DNA of 64,000 nt from Leidyana gryllorum EB-2025a (lineage: Eukaryota > Protista > Apicomplexa). Under the pieces are notes generated by a model. It saw only the letters and a list, made by a program, of their open reading frames with translations, did not search any database and was not told the origin of the DNA. The DNA lies in assembly GCA_048772705.1 (NCBI GenBank), contig JBLWGC010000211.1, forward strand, positions 1-64,000, in the 5' to 3' direction. The first letter of the stretch is position 1. Each line of letters starts with the position of its first letter. Made by a program: the position numbers and the translations under genes. Below are positions 31,382-44,749 of this stretch, piece after piece.

Positions 31382-32959
31382 TTAAGCGAGGATGCCTTCC
31401 GCAATTGCGCACTCTGCATTCACAATAGAACCCCCAGCTGCTCCTATGACAGTGTTGTGGGATAAAGTCACAAATTTGACATCAAACAGCTCGCAGGGCC
31501 GTAGCCGACCGATCGTAACAGTCATTCCATTGCCTATTGAGGGAGAAAGAGGAAAGAGAAGCATAATTGGGGGGTGGGCAGCGTTCTCACCTTCATTCAC
31601 ATGTAATCGCGGTTGAGGTTCATTCTCTTTGGTCATGACCTTGATGGCCACTTTCGGCATCCTGTAGCCAAGAAGTGTTCGGCAGGTTGGGGGCGAGCTC
31701 GACTTACGTGGGGAGACTGGAGAAGCGGCTCTCGAAGGTTTTATTGAACCGATCAATCGCAGCTTCGACCTCAGAAACGACCCGCTTACGGTCAATCTGC
31801 TTTTTGAATTTGACCGACACCTGTCGAGACGTCAAATCAGATCGCAGAGGGTGAGGACCAATCTTACCGACACCACGTGTCCATCCAACACGGGTACCCG
31901 ATGTGCCATAGCCGACAGTGTCATCTCATGAGGGACGAATGAGGGCTCTGTGCCGGCGGTACCGAAACGATATTCACCCAAGATTTTCTTTGGTTCCTTT
32001 TCGATCTTGTACTCCTCCCCTACGGTGCAGTGCGCCGTCGCAGGCTGCTGAGAGACACTCACCCGAAATGTTAGGAATTACGTTACCCTGAATGTCCCAC
32101 CAAGATATTCCCGGATATCCAGCGCCTAATGGGGACATCAGTCACGAAAGAGGCCGCCGGCAACGCCACACGCATGAAACTCCCTCCTGAGTGCAACACA
32201 CTGCTCACCGGAAACGGCTTGGAGAGTACATACAAGGACCTTTTCGATGCCGAAGGCATCTTCCAACGGTCTCAGAGCCACGGCGAGACCCGTAGACGAA
32301 CAATTAGCATTGGTAACAATGAACCCCCCTCCACTTTTATATTGCTCCTGTTCGCGGACCATATGTAAATGATCACAATTCACCTAAATAAATAATGTCA
32401 ATATGCACTCTGTCTCTCCCAACCTCCTCGGAGGGACCTTCTGCCAAGCCCTTCTCTTACATGAGGAATCAGGATAGGGACCTGAGGGTCATATCTGTGC
32501 GCAGCCGCGTTGCTGAATACTGCCAGTCCTGCGGCGGCCAGCGACGCTTCTACAGGCTTTGCGATGGAGCTGGCCAGCGCCGAGAATATAATGTCGCTGG
32601 CACTCTCATAACCCGACATCGACCACATTCGACTCCTACCACTCATCGATAAAGTAACGTTCATCTTTTAGCGCGTCATATACGGTCAGCGATCCGACCG
32701 CGCTGGGCAATTCACATTCAGGCAACCGCCATTGACAGGCATCTCTATACTTCTGGCCAACAGAGCGTTCCGAGGCTCCTAGTGCCACGATTTCAATCCA
32801 TGGGTGATTCCGCAACAAGGCAACAAACCGTTGTCCGACGCTGCCCGTTGCACCAAGAATACCGGCGCGGAATTTCGGATTTAAGCTTTCCTGCCCCGCG
32901 AGACTCTCAGCCGAGTGCTTGCGTTGCTGAACCTTGACGTTCTCTTTGCCACTACTCAT
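31382..32959 (-). CDS. asd: Aspartate-semialdehyde dehydrogenase (fungal/archaeal HOM2 type), multi-exon
   Basis: [25 protein letters not shown] (catalytic Cys), [40 protein letters not shown]. Confidence 0.95.
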
Positions 32960-33235
32960 ACTAGAATTTTGACAAAACTCAGTCTCATCGCCACCCAAAA
33001 AGGAAACTTGGACTTGATGATTAAGCACGAAAACACACGTATTTATACTGCCGAGCTCAACTGCTCAGCTCCTTCCCCTATTCCTCCCCAGCATTCGGGT
33101 ACCTCGGTCCAAAACGTTCTGCCAAAGTCCACGCACCCCGTGACTCTGGCTGTGTCACTTCGCTGTACATATGACGTCTTCGACACCGCACATGTCGAAG
33201 ATGAATCACATCAGAGGAACCGGCACCTCTAAGAC

Positions 33236-36200
33236 TCATCGGAGTAAAGAACACATCACTAAGAAATAAAGATATACAAAGCACACGTGTGTGCCCCACC
33301 TGTTGGTCGCCAACTTTGAAGGGCTGTCCAGACGCTGAAGGGCCCTCTGACGCACTTGCGCACGTTTGTATTCCGTCCAGTCCCCTCGGGCGGTGTGCCA
33401 GTACAGTTCAGTGTCTTGTATTTCTGGAGTCACATGACGACGACATGTTCGAAGAAGGTGGGAGGCTGCCTGAATGGGCCAACGGTCTAGTAGGAAACCA
33501 CGGAGCAGTCGGGTGAACTTTGTGATGACGGACTTGAATAGGCTGTTGTTGGTGGGCGGTTCTTCATCATTTACCAAATGACCGCTCCGACTGAGGAGGG
33601 AGGCCTGTTCAACAAACTCACACGCTGGACACTCAGTCGTGGCAACATGTCTGCTATTGCTTCGGGTGGGGGGCTGAGGGGTAGCCCGGGAAGTGGCGCT
33701 AAGGGCTGTCGATGTGGACGCCGCCGACTCCTTCGGGTCTATCAACTCTACCTTGGGGGGCTTGGGGGGAATCATCTCCGCTGCACAAGCCTTACGATGG
33801 ACCGAAAAGTGTCGACGTCCAACCTTGCCGGAAGAAGGTCTATTTTCATCCTGTTGATGAGCAGTTGCCACAACCATTTCCAATGACAGGGGTGGTCCGT
33901 TGATCAAATGCGCGAACTTGTGTTTGACTTGCTTCAAGCGTAGCCTTTCCTCAGCCCCTAAAGGTCGTAACGAATAAAACGAGATTGGCAACATACATGA
34001 GGGTTAAGCGGGAGAGATCACCGCTCCAAAAAATCAACTGATGTACTCACCTGTAGTTCTCTCAAACACTCCACGAAGAGGACCCAAATCCTGATTAAGC
34101 CGCGCCCGTGTATCTTCAGTTACCAATTGTCGACCGACTGCTAAACGACCACGGGGTATCCTCCTCTATGATCTCACAGCGATGGAAGAGAAGATCTCAG
34201 CTTAAAAAGGGGCTTACAATGCTGCTGCCCTTCTGGAGCTGAACGCCTGTCACTATATCCGATATGTACGATAGGTACGCGGCCAGGAAGTCCTTTATCG
34301 ATCTGACGAACTGTGGTAGGAACTCTTCTTCGCCTTTCGAGCCGCCAATACTTTCGCCACCACTCTCAGAACCCTGTGTCTTCGACACACACAGACATTT
34401 CAGTTACGTGTTTGTACCCATCGTGGTCCTTACCGGTGGCTCTTGACCCAAGAGTCGCATAACATCGGCCCCCCGCATCATCAGTATCCCATATTCCGCC
34501 ATTGTTTCCAGTACTTGATTCCACGACCACTACCAATCAATAAGCGTGGTAGATAGGTTACACCCGATTCAGCTTTCCCACCTGATTATACCGCTCCAAT
34601 GCCTGTTCAAGTCGTATGTACGTGTCCCGATCCGCCTCATGGACATGCTGCGCGGCTTCGGCTATCAGCTTTACCCTTCTGCATTGGTTACAGAGTCGTT
34701 CTTTTTGTGTCTCCAATGTTGCTTCGAAGGAAGTGATATCGAAAGCCGCGAGCTCGTCCACAGCTCTGTAGACTTCACTTAGTTCCGTATAGTATGGATG
34801 CTCGAAGTCTTTGCCATAAGTGTTCGTAGCCCAGATTGCGAGCATTTTGGACAAGGATGTACGTTTGTCCACGTCCTGAAAGACTTTCTCGTCAGGCGGG
34901 TCATTGTAATAGTCGTTTAAACGGAGCAGCGATCCCATTTTGAACCCTCTGGCCGGCCCTCCAGGATGAACACCAGCATTCAAAAAGTTTCCGAGCCACA
35001 GTATAACTTCAGCCGTTCGCGTCATTGCTCCACCCGGCCTCAAAGACTCCGTCAGTATGCTAACCGCATCGTGCTGTGTGATCAGTACTCGGGCCAGATC
35101 ACGAAGATCCAACTCCTGCCTCACCCGACTGTTGTAGAAATCAAAGTATGACAAAAGGTGGCGAAAGGGCTCGTTCACTCACTCTACACATGCACGAGTC
35201 AGCAGGTCGAGATTAGGGGTCTCGGTGAGCCGCACAAGTGTACATTCTGTCGGATCCATCGTGGCACCGCTCTTGAATAGATTCATGAGGGCTTTTTGCT
35301 CGTCTGCAGTTGGCCAGATGGTCAATAAGTGTTCCAATTGGCCAATCTGCAGGAATTTCCTTTCTGTCTTCCGGCCTCTCATGGCGGAGTTCAACGAGTT
35401 CCTTCCAGTTGGACGAGCACTCCGCTTCGCCGAGGTCATATCGGAGGTCGATTCGTTGTCCTCAAAACGTGGTGAAATGGCATCCGAAGCGCTGTCTAAG
35501 GAGTCAATCGCCTCGGTGGTGGCCACAGAACTCGACGGATTCTTCTTGAGTATCGATGGCCATGGCTTCTGCTGATTTTGAGTGTCCGGAACTGCGGGCA
35601 CATGTCCTCGTGGTCGGATATTACTCAGTCCCCACGGGCCGTACGATGCTTGCATCGGTGCCGACGATAGGGGCGGCGGCGAAAACAACAAACCCTCATC
35701 GTTACTACTGTCGCATGACGATAAAATGGTATTTACAAATGCCGGCTCCTCTGACGGAGCCCGTGAATTCCGTGGTGGCGTTAGGGGGAGTGGTGGTGGG
35801 GGGCTACTAGATCGTTTCTTCGGTTTGGGAGAACACAGACGTGCCAGAGATAGTGGCATTGTCTGAGGGGTGTCGATCGTGACCGGCAGTTCCCCAGGCT
35901 CAGCTTGCGTAATTTCGTCAATGATGTGATAAACGCTCAAGATCACGACCGCTGCGGTGTTGATCTTATTTCCTTGGAACCAAATACCGATCTGATGAAG
36001 TCTTTTCTCATCGAGAGCCGTCTTCACTTTTGGTGCTGGCGGCTTCGTGATGCTCACATGAGCGACTTGGCGCTCTGACTTGCCGTGACCACCCTGCAAA
36101 GGCCCTTTCCAGCGTTTACAGAAAAGATCGAGCAGATCCTGCATACGCGTGTGTGTTTGCACACGCTCACAATATAAAGCAGAACAGTGCTGGATAATGA

Positions 36201-37768
36201 TCACTCACATCACTTCGCACAAGGATAGGAGGGATTTGGTCTGTCAAAGCCAGTGGTTCATTGACCACAGCAGCATCGTTCAAGACGGGATCATTAGCCC
36301 GTCCACAGGCTTGTACGCGTGTGGAGAGGTGTCTCCAGAAATCCGCAAATGGAGGTGACTTAGTGTCAAATTTGAGAACGTTCCAGTGAAACTTCTTGGT
36401 TGGTTTCCAGCCAACAACAGCCGGTCTTTTGCCAATAGCGTAACTTTCGAACTCATTGATAGCTTTATATACGGGCTCGGTCACGCCTTCGTTCGCTGCT
36501 CCGCGTGCTGCGAGGAGGGTCTTTTTCGAAGGCGGCGGAGCCTTCTTTTTCGGCGGCGGCTTCTTTGGGTGTACTGCCGGGACTTTGGCGCTGCCAGGCG
36601 TCGAGCGCGTCAGATTGGTGGATGGGGTGGCTGTGGATGAGGGTGACCCCTCGCTTAAAGCGTTTTTGACGGCTGACCACGGCTTGTCAGTTGGCGGTTC
36701 GAGATCATTGGTTAGATTGATGCAATAACGGAAACTCTTGGCGGAGGGCCACAGTTTCTCGTAAGTGACATTGGCCTGTGGAAGACCGTTGGATTGGCTG
36801 GGGCAGATAGGTGCGGGTGAGTTTCCTGGGTGCGGGGGGGCTCTGGGCCGCGGGAACTGTGGTTTGGTGAGATGCCCTGGCGGCTTCGAAGGCGTCGAAT
36901 GAGTGCGTGATCTGATAGGTGGTGTAATGTTTCGTGGTGGCGTGTAGGGCGGCATAGGCTTGCCAGTAGGTGTGTGTGGATAGCATTTAGCAGTAGGCGA
37001 TGGGATGGTGGTCGCTGGTGAGGGACCTTTACGTTGTTGTGTGAATAGGTGGCGAGCAGCGGGTGAGGCGGAAGGGGATAGAGTGGGTACGGACGCATTA
37101 CGTCGACGGGGGACTGCGGGGTCATTAGGGATCGTCGTGCCCGTTTGCACGGGTGGAATTCGCATCGTTTGGCCACGTGGTGAGACATAAAGTGTGAGTG
37201 GTTTTAGGTTGCCATTTTGTGCTGGGAGATCACAAGAGATGTGACACTTAACGGCGGCACCGTCGGCGGTGTACAGCCAGGCAGTGGCGGTGGCCTTCCC
37301 GTTGCTGGAGTCCCAGATTGCTGTGCAAAAGGGCTCGTGGTCCTCGCAGCTTTTTGGGACTGGGGTGGCTTGAAGGTCGGGAGTGATTGTGAGGGAGAAG
37401 TGGTTGGCGTGTTCTACTGCGAAGGGGGGGGGTGTCGAGTCGATGTGAATGCCGGTGACAGTGCGAATCGCAAGGGGGCGGGGGTAGTAGGGGGTGTCGA
37501 AAGGGGAGTCGTCATGGAAGACACCGGAGTCGACAGAGTAGTAGTTGGTGCTGGTTCGCCCAAATACGCGCTCGTCGCACCAGCTGCTGTCGGGAGTCCG
37601 GAATCGAACGTGAGACGAGGAAGGGGACCCAAGTTTGGTGGAGGGAGGGGGGGAGGGGGTCTCAATTCGCGAGGTCGGGGACTCGAGGTCGTCTCCGCGA
37701 TCGGGGGACGAGTCATTGCTAACAAAGTGTACCTGACGACCGCGCTCCACAACAGAGGTATGCATGAC
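33236..37768 (-). CDS. Divergent formin (FH2) with Pro-rich N-terminus, multi-exon
   Basis: KKFHWNVL (lasso), LDEKRLHQIGI (knob), WPTADE, ILWLGNFLNAG..ARGFKMGSLLRL (post). 3' extent uncertain. Confidence 0.8.
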
Positions 37769-37863
37769 CACCTGAACAACGGCGGGTTTTAACAACCAAC
37801 AACGACAGACCCCCTACTGTCGCGTGTCTCCCTGCCCCTCCCCCCTCTACATTCAATCTCACA

Positions 37864-40800
37864 ATGGACCCTAACAACGTTGAGAACGTCGCACCAATCC
37901 TAGCCAACGTCGACACCACCGCATCAGCTGCACGCAAAGACCGACTGGTTCTAGACCGGATTGAACTTGAGAATTTCAAGTCTTATGCAGGCAAAGTAGT
38001 TGTCGGTCCTTTCCATCAGGTGAGAAAGAGCGAGCGAGCGAGCGAGTCACAATCCTCCTCTCTACCAACTATCCACCAAGTATCCTCCAAGTATCTATCA
38101 ACTATATCACTCACACACTCACTCACACACTCACACACACACTCACATTCACACACTCGCTCACACACTCACTCACACACTCACCGACAGCACTTTTCGG
38201 CTATTATTGGGCCCAATGGATCAGGAAAATCTAACATTATCGATGCTATGCAATTCGTGTTCGGTCGCAGAGCTGCACAGCTCCGCCAGAAGAAGGTGGC
38301 CGACCTGATACATGCCAGTCAAAATCACCGGCCGAAATCGGCCAAAGTGTCTGTGTATATGGCTCGTGTAACGGAAGACTGGAACGTTGGCGACAATTCA
38401 GTGGAACTGCGATCAAAAGTTCTCGAACGAGTCCCGGCATTCTGCGTTTCTAGAGAAGTCAATGCGGATGGGTCGAGCCGCTACACACTCGATGGGCGAT
38501 CAGTGCAGCACTCCGATGTTGTAGCCTTCCTGAAAGGCCAAGATATCGATCTGGAACACAATCGATTTCTCATTCTACAGGGAGAGGTCGAACAGTTGGC
38601 AATGATGGCTCCGAAGGGAAAAGTGGGTCCACCACACTCTTAATGCCGCCCCCTCACACCTCTCTCTCGCAGAAACCCGGGGAGAATGGTTTTTTAGAAG
38701 TCCTCGAAGATCTGATCGGATCCAATCAGTACATCGAGATGATCGAAGCCTGTGATCAAAAGGCAGACGAACAGCGTGGCGCCGTCGAAGACGCTCAGCG
38801 TAAATACACCTTTGCCAAGGCCGAGATGGATCAGCTTGCGGGCCCCTGCCAACTGGCTGCGGGGTTTGTGCGTTGTCACAAGAAGGTCGTGACCTGCAAG
38901 GCTCGGCAGCACGCCAAGAGACGCTGGGTAAGACAGAGAGAGAGACAGAGAGAGACAGAGACAGAGAGAGAGAGAGAGACACCGCCTTCATCACTCACTC
39001 TGTCCACCTCATCAGGGACTGCACAAAGACCTGCTGACCACGGAATCCAAGTTGGTGGAGGTCGAAAGGGCACTGGCCGAACATCGGGACCAGCGAGCCG
39101 AACAGGAGGCAGAGATGAAGAGTCTGCAGGCGGCCGTCTCTGCTGCCGAGCAACAGCTCCGAGCTCTCCAAGCAGAGAAGGACAAGGTGATCAGTCTGTG
39201 CCAAAATCGCCAAGTTCTTCCTCTCCTTTCATAGATCACTAAGGCTCTCAAAGCCTGCGAGGTCGAGGACAGCTCGCTCAGCGGACGCTTGCGGAATCTG
39301 GAAGTCAGAAAAGCCAAGACGGAGGTATGAGGCGGCTAACTCCTATAGCTTCCTCCCCCCAAATCTCCCTTTTCAGGAAAGCATCGAGACTCTCCGGGCT
39401 GAGGCAAAGCGTTTAGAGACGGACAGCGAGAGTGTATTGGTGGAAGCCGAGGCCCGCAGGAAGGAACTGCCCACTTTGGAGGCGCAGCTCGACTCTCTTC
39501 GTCAAGAGACACAAAAGATGAACGATCGATTAGCAATGGAGTACGCCAAGTTGACCGAGGAACAGGCACCAATCGACGAACGACTGAAACAGTTGAGGGA
39601 CGAAGGGTTTGGAATCAGTGCCAAAGTCAGCCACGCCGAGGTGAGACACTGTGACACTGTGACGCTGTGACACTGTGACACTGTGACGCTGTGACGCTGT
39701 GACACTGTGACGCTGTGACGCTGTGACACACCACCTCGCCCCGCCCCGGGCGTGAACAAAACTTTGATTGACAGAGTGAGGCGAATGAGGTTCGGCGGCG
39801 TCTGAATGAGACAGGAGATAAAGCTGTGGCACTCCGAGAGAAACTGGCGGCGCGTAACGACGAGCTGAAAGAGTGTCTGGGCAAATTGGAGGATTTCAAG
39901 CAGGAGCTGAGGATGAAGGAGACAGAGTTGAAACAGGCGAACATCCGGATGCAGACTGCTAACGCTCAAGAAGAGGAGAAGAGGAAACAGAAAGCCGAAA
40001 TGGAGGTGGAAATGACTCGAAAGACACAGGCACACCCCCCTGCGAGCTGCCGGATGGTTCATCACCTGAGGAAGCAGTTCTCTCAGTCCGGACATTTGCA
40101 TCAGATCGGCTCCTTCCTCCTCGATATACTGTCCGAGACCATGACTTCCGACAGTGTGAGACAATATGGCCCCGCTTTGTCGGCCGCCGGGTTGGGGAGT
40201 GATCCCGTTTTGGTGTCCAACGAGAAGTGCGCCAAAGCGGTCCTGGACTACGTGAGAGAGAAGCAGCTCGGACGTGTGGAGTGTCTTGTGCGCGATCGCG
40301 TGTTGCGGGCTAACCGTGAGAAAGCTCTACAGTTCAAGAAGCGGATCGAGAGCGGTTCCAGAATCCCACCAAAGTGCGTTCCGGCTCTGCAACTCCTCCA
40401 ACTGCCACCGACCGACGACGACGCTCTGTGGATTTTGTTTTACGCTCGTCTGGGCGAGACTTTTGTCACCGACGAATCGGATCCCGCCGAGGTCCGTAAG
40501 ATTGCAGAGCATTCCGGAGAGCGCTTCCGAGTGGTCACAGCCGCTGGACAAGTCTACGAGCGATCGGGAGTCGTCTCGGGCGGTGCTGCGGCCAACTATT
40601 TGGAACAACGCCGCATAGAACCCGAGGGATCCTCCTCGGACACGTTGAGTAAATACAGGACCGCCATTGAGAAGCTGGATTTGGAGATCCGGAATGCTGC
40701 GACTACGAAACGCGAGGCTCAGTCACACGCCACTAACGTCGCTGAAACCATCAGAATGCTCAATCGCAAGTTGAAACAAGCCGAAGAAGAGTCCAATGCA

Positions 40801-42943
40801 CTTAAACAGCTCCAGAATGAGCACAAGAAACAGCTCAAAGTCTTGCAGGAACGTGATGTGGACCCCGCCCAAGCCGCTGAAGACAGAAAGGCCTTAGCCC
40901 AACTCGAACAGCTCCTTCTCAAACTCCAAGATCAAGCCGTGCATATCCAGTCGAAAATAACTGTCGAAGAGAAGAAACGAGAAAGGTGAGACCCAATGTC
41001 AACACTTCAGCCTCCCCCTTCATCACCACCCGTCAATAATCAGGATTCAACTCAAAATAGCTGAAGTCGGCGGACCTGCCCGAAAGGTGCTCAACGATAA
41101 ACTCGTCAAATTGGAGGCTGGTGAGCAACAAATCGCAACTATACGACACCCGATACACCACATATACACACGCCCAAAAACCGACACACCAGATAACACA
41201 CACACACACATATACACATACACATATACACACAAGCGCTCGCACACATACATACACACACACACGCCCAAAGGGCTCGCACACACATGTGATCATCAGA
41301 TTTGAAACATGCGCAAGATGTGACGAACAATGGTACCGTCAAGAGTCAGGCCGCTAAGGAAAAGGCAGTGAATATCGTCTCGAAGCAAATCCCAGAAAAA
41401 GAGGCTGAGATTCTCACGATCGAGGAAGAACTTAAGGCGACTCATGGGAAAATAGAAGAACTCGAAGCCAAGGGCATACACTTGGTGAAAAGTGTGGCTG
41501 ATCTTGAAGCTCAGGTTCACCAACTCGAGGAGGTTATCGCAGAGAAGAAGGCTCTCAGAGCAGACAAGGAGGTCGAATTGAGAAATCAAAGCTCCGCTGA
41601 ACTGGAATTAAGGGCACGTGTCGACGAATATCGCGCTATCTCCATCAAACTAAAACACAATATCAACGACATACAAAAGACAATCGACGATCTCCAAGCA
41701 GACTTTGAGAAGCTACCCAAGATCGATCCCGAATTAGAAGACTCATTGGCTGGTCAAGGTCTCATCCAAAAGGCAGGGGCAGACGATTCACAAGCAGCCG
41801 TCAAGTGTGAAAGCGTCGCAGCCACCACTTTGGTTCGTGTCAAACGGGAGATTACTGATGTCGATGAGGTGCAAATGGAGGAGAGCCCCCAAGAAAATGC
41901 AAACCAACGTCGATTAGTTGCCCGCGTGATGGATGTTTCTTGGCCCGACCTGGCAGAAGACACTATTGTCAACGTCAGTCAAGGAGAAATTGATCTGGAA
42001 CTTTACCAGGCGGAGGAGCTGCTCACCAATTTCGGTACACAGGAAGGAAACAAAAAGAAGGGCGAAGATGTACTCATGGACCTCACAGTCCTGCAGCGCT
42101 TTCAAGAGAAATCCGGCCTCTATAGGGAGGCAAAGCGATTACTGGATTTGCAGAATAAGGTGAGTGGGCACCTTTGTGTGCTGATAGTGCCGTTTCTGCC
42201 CGTCGCACACGTGTGTGTGCCCGTTACAAGAATACCATCACGGCAATATGGCAACCTGCAGACTTTGGAAGATTTGTGCGACAAGGCGCAGAGTCTGAGG
42301 ACGAAGCGTAAATCCGATTTTCACGACGGCTTCATGATAATCAGTGAAAAGGTGAAGGAGATATATCAGATGCTGACGCTGGGAGGCGACGCCGAACTCG
42401 AATGGAAAGACCCGTCTGATCCTTTCACTGAGGGCATAGAATTCAGTGTGCGTCCACCAGGCAAATCGTGGAGGGTGATACAGAACCTGAGCGGAGGAGA
42501 AAAGACGTTGTCGTCACTTGCACTGATATTCGCCCTGCATCATTACAGGCCAACCCCCATCTATTTTCTGGATGAGATTGATGCGGCACTGGACCCGAAT
42601 AATGTTGTAATAATTGCGAGTTACGTTGCAGCGGTAAGCGGTTCGATGTTTGTCATGTACTTGGGACGGACTCGACGAGTGTTGGGCTGTCGGCTGGGCT
42701 GTGTTCTTTACCCGAGTATTTTAGAGTCGCACGGAAGGCGCGCAGTTCGTGGTGATTAGTTTACGGCACCAGTTCTTCGAGAGGGCTGACCGGCTGATAG
42801 GGGTGTGCAAGGTGGCGAACGTTACCCAAACGTGCGCTCTGGATCCTGACGCCTTTGGAGCCAAAGTGGGGGCAATTGAGGTGGAAGCCTCAGTCACAAA
42901 GAAACGACGTCTTCCACTTGAAAACCTAGTAGCTTTTCAATGA
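37864..42943 (+). CDS. SMC4: Condensin subunit SMC4, multi-exon
   Basis: LENFKSYAG, GPNGSGKSN, DLEHNRFLILQGEVEQ, hinge FRVVT..SGVVSGG, LTLGGDAELE, LSGGEKTLSSLAL, DEIDAALD, ISLR. Confidence 0.97.
38108..38184. repeat. (CA/CACT)n microsatellite in SMC4 intron
   Basis: cactcacacactc repeats. Confidence 0.9.
38929..38980. repeat. (AG/AGAC)n microsatellite in SMC4 intron
   Basis: agacagagagagagacag directly after a GTAAG donor. Confidence 0.9.
39641..39729. repeat. 8-bp tandem repeat CTGTGAC(A/G), about 10 copies, in SMC4 intron
   Basis: Begins at the donor GTGAGACA. Confidence 0.92.
41146..41290. repeat. CA/TA-rich low-complexity tract in SMC4 intron
   Basis: acacacacacatatacacatacac. Confidence 0.85.
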
Positions 42944-42981
42944 TGCTTTTGGCCTAGTATTCATCTACACTCTTCGTGAGG

Positions 42982-44085
42982 ATGTGCACAGATGCGCTTA
43001 CCCTGAATCCCTCCCGAACTTCTCCGCCTCTAGTCCCTTCCTCTCCCCATCCCATCTCGCCTTCTCTATTGGAACAAGCTATCAATATCCATACTACCCA
43101 GACCCTGTCTGCGAGTCTTAACGTATTTATACAGTTGGCTGATAATATTGAGCGTCAGTGGCGGGAACAACCGGCTCGAGTCAACCCTCAGCTGGGTGCC
43201 ACTCTCGTCAAAAGCGTGTTACAGTTCAAGCAGCCAGGTGCCCTTTCATATTATGAGCTGTTGACGGACCTGACGTGGAAGTTTCAGGAGGTGAGCGTGT
43301 AATTCAACACCTTTGACATTGTGTAACTTCAGCTGACCCCTTGCGACTTTCTCCGAAAGGCATACCCGTTGTTACAAGTGACAAGCAGCAATGCCGACGA
43401 CGATGGCGACAGAGAAATGGTCGCACAGCCGCCCCCAATACAACGGAAAGAGGCTATCAGAGGTTATCGGCGCACCGACTTGTATCGGTTGCGATTCTTG
43501 AGCCATCTCTTCGAGTTATTAGGCATCGAAGTTAACGATAATAAGGCTCCTGCGACCTCGAGAAGTTGTTCCACGACCCGGGAATTCACTAAACGCTTAC
43601 AAGAGGTCATAGGCGAGCTTCAATTAGACCTGGAAACTGCACTCGTCGGAAGATGCTGGTCCTTCTCTACGTCACGAGGGAGCTTCAACGGAGCGCAATA
43701 CCGCTCTCTGACCACATCCTCGTCCCGCCTCCCCAAGAATAAGTCCCATCGAGGTACCGCTCGCCCAGACAAACAACCCCCCACCTGGGCACTCGAGGAC
43801 TATTCGTCCCAGAATCCAAGCTTAGAGATACCGTCCGTCAATCAATCAGACTTGGCATCTGTCAGCCACAACCGCTCTGAGCAAACGCCCAGCACTGCTG
43901 GTTCTTTGGAGCAAACTTGCGACAGTACGACTTATTGCGATTCGAGCCCTCCCGCTCCTGCAGATCCAATATCTCAGCTATTGGAGATGATATCAGCTCC
44001 AAGGGCCCCTCCCAATTATTCGCAAGAGGATATTGGGCGAGAGTCCGGGCACCACTGGTTAGAAGTCCTCCCCGGTCTCTGGTGA
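42982..44085 (+). CDS. Hypothetical protein (at least 2 exons)
   Basis: ORFs 42976-43302 and 43369-44085 joined by a GTGAG..CAG intron near 43291-43333. Confidence 0.5.
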
Positions 44086-44749
44086 GCCTATCTGTCTGGC
44101 CGACCTTACATTTGTGTGCATAGGTTGGTGGCCCACGACGAGTACGTTCTTGACTATGATGTTCAACCTCGCTGTGGCGGCCGATTCATCACGCATGGTG
44201 AGTCCTATCGCGACGAGCATTCCTCAGCGGCGCGGCAGAGGGACCGAAGCAATGCCGCAACCCCCAACCGAATGCCCCGTGCTGTGCCGCTGGAGAATGA
44301 ATGCCCGTCGATTCAGCTTGACAGCAGACTCATTGTGTGTTATTCCTTTGGCAGTCCTCAATTGTACGTATAAGGTTCCCGTGGTCGTGCCTCACACAGA
44401 CAGGGCCAGGCATGATATGGTCATGAAGGAGGGCTGTAGACCCAGGACCGCCGCCGCTAGACTGCTGCGTGGGTGTCTTTTCATCACGCAGTCCATGATC
44501 TACGGCGGTAATCTTGCCCTTCCGTTCAGACCTAATAGTGCTGATTCTACTCTGTAAGTCTTTGTTCGCCATTTCACCACATATCATGTGTGTGTTGTGT
44601 GTGTGCAGAGTGTATCTCACGCTAGTCAGCTACCTGATGCTGTCTCTCGCCTTGCCTGTAGAACGAGCTCTGGGTTTAGCGGAGGGCTTTCTCACTGGTT
44701 CGAGAGGAGTGGCCAAAGCCGTGCAGAAGCCAGGTCAGACACACTTGGC

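Noticed and set aside
31382-31795. FHA-like N-terminal domain fused to the AlkB protein
   Set aside because: This ORF is the C-terminal exon(s) of ASD ([14 protein letters not shown]).
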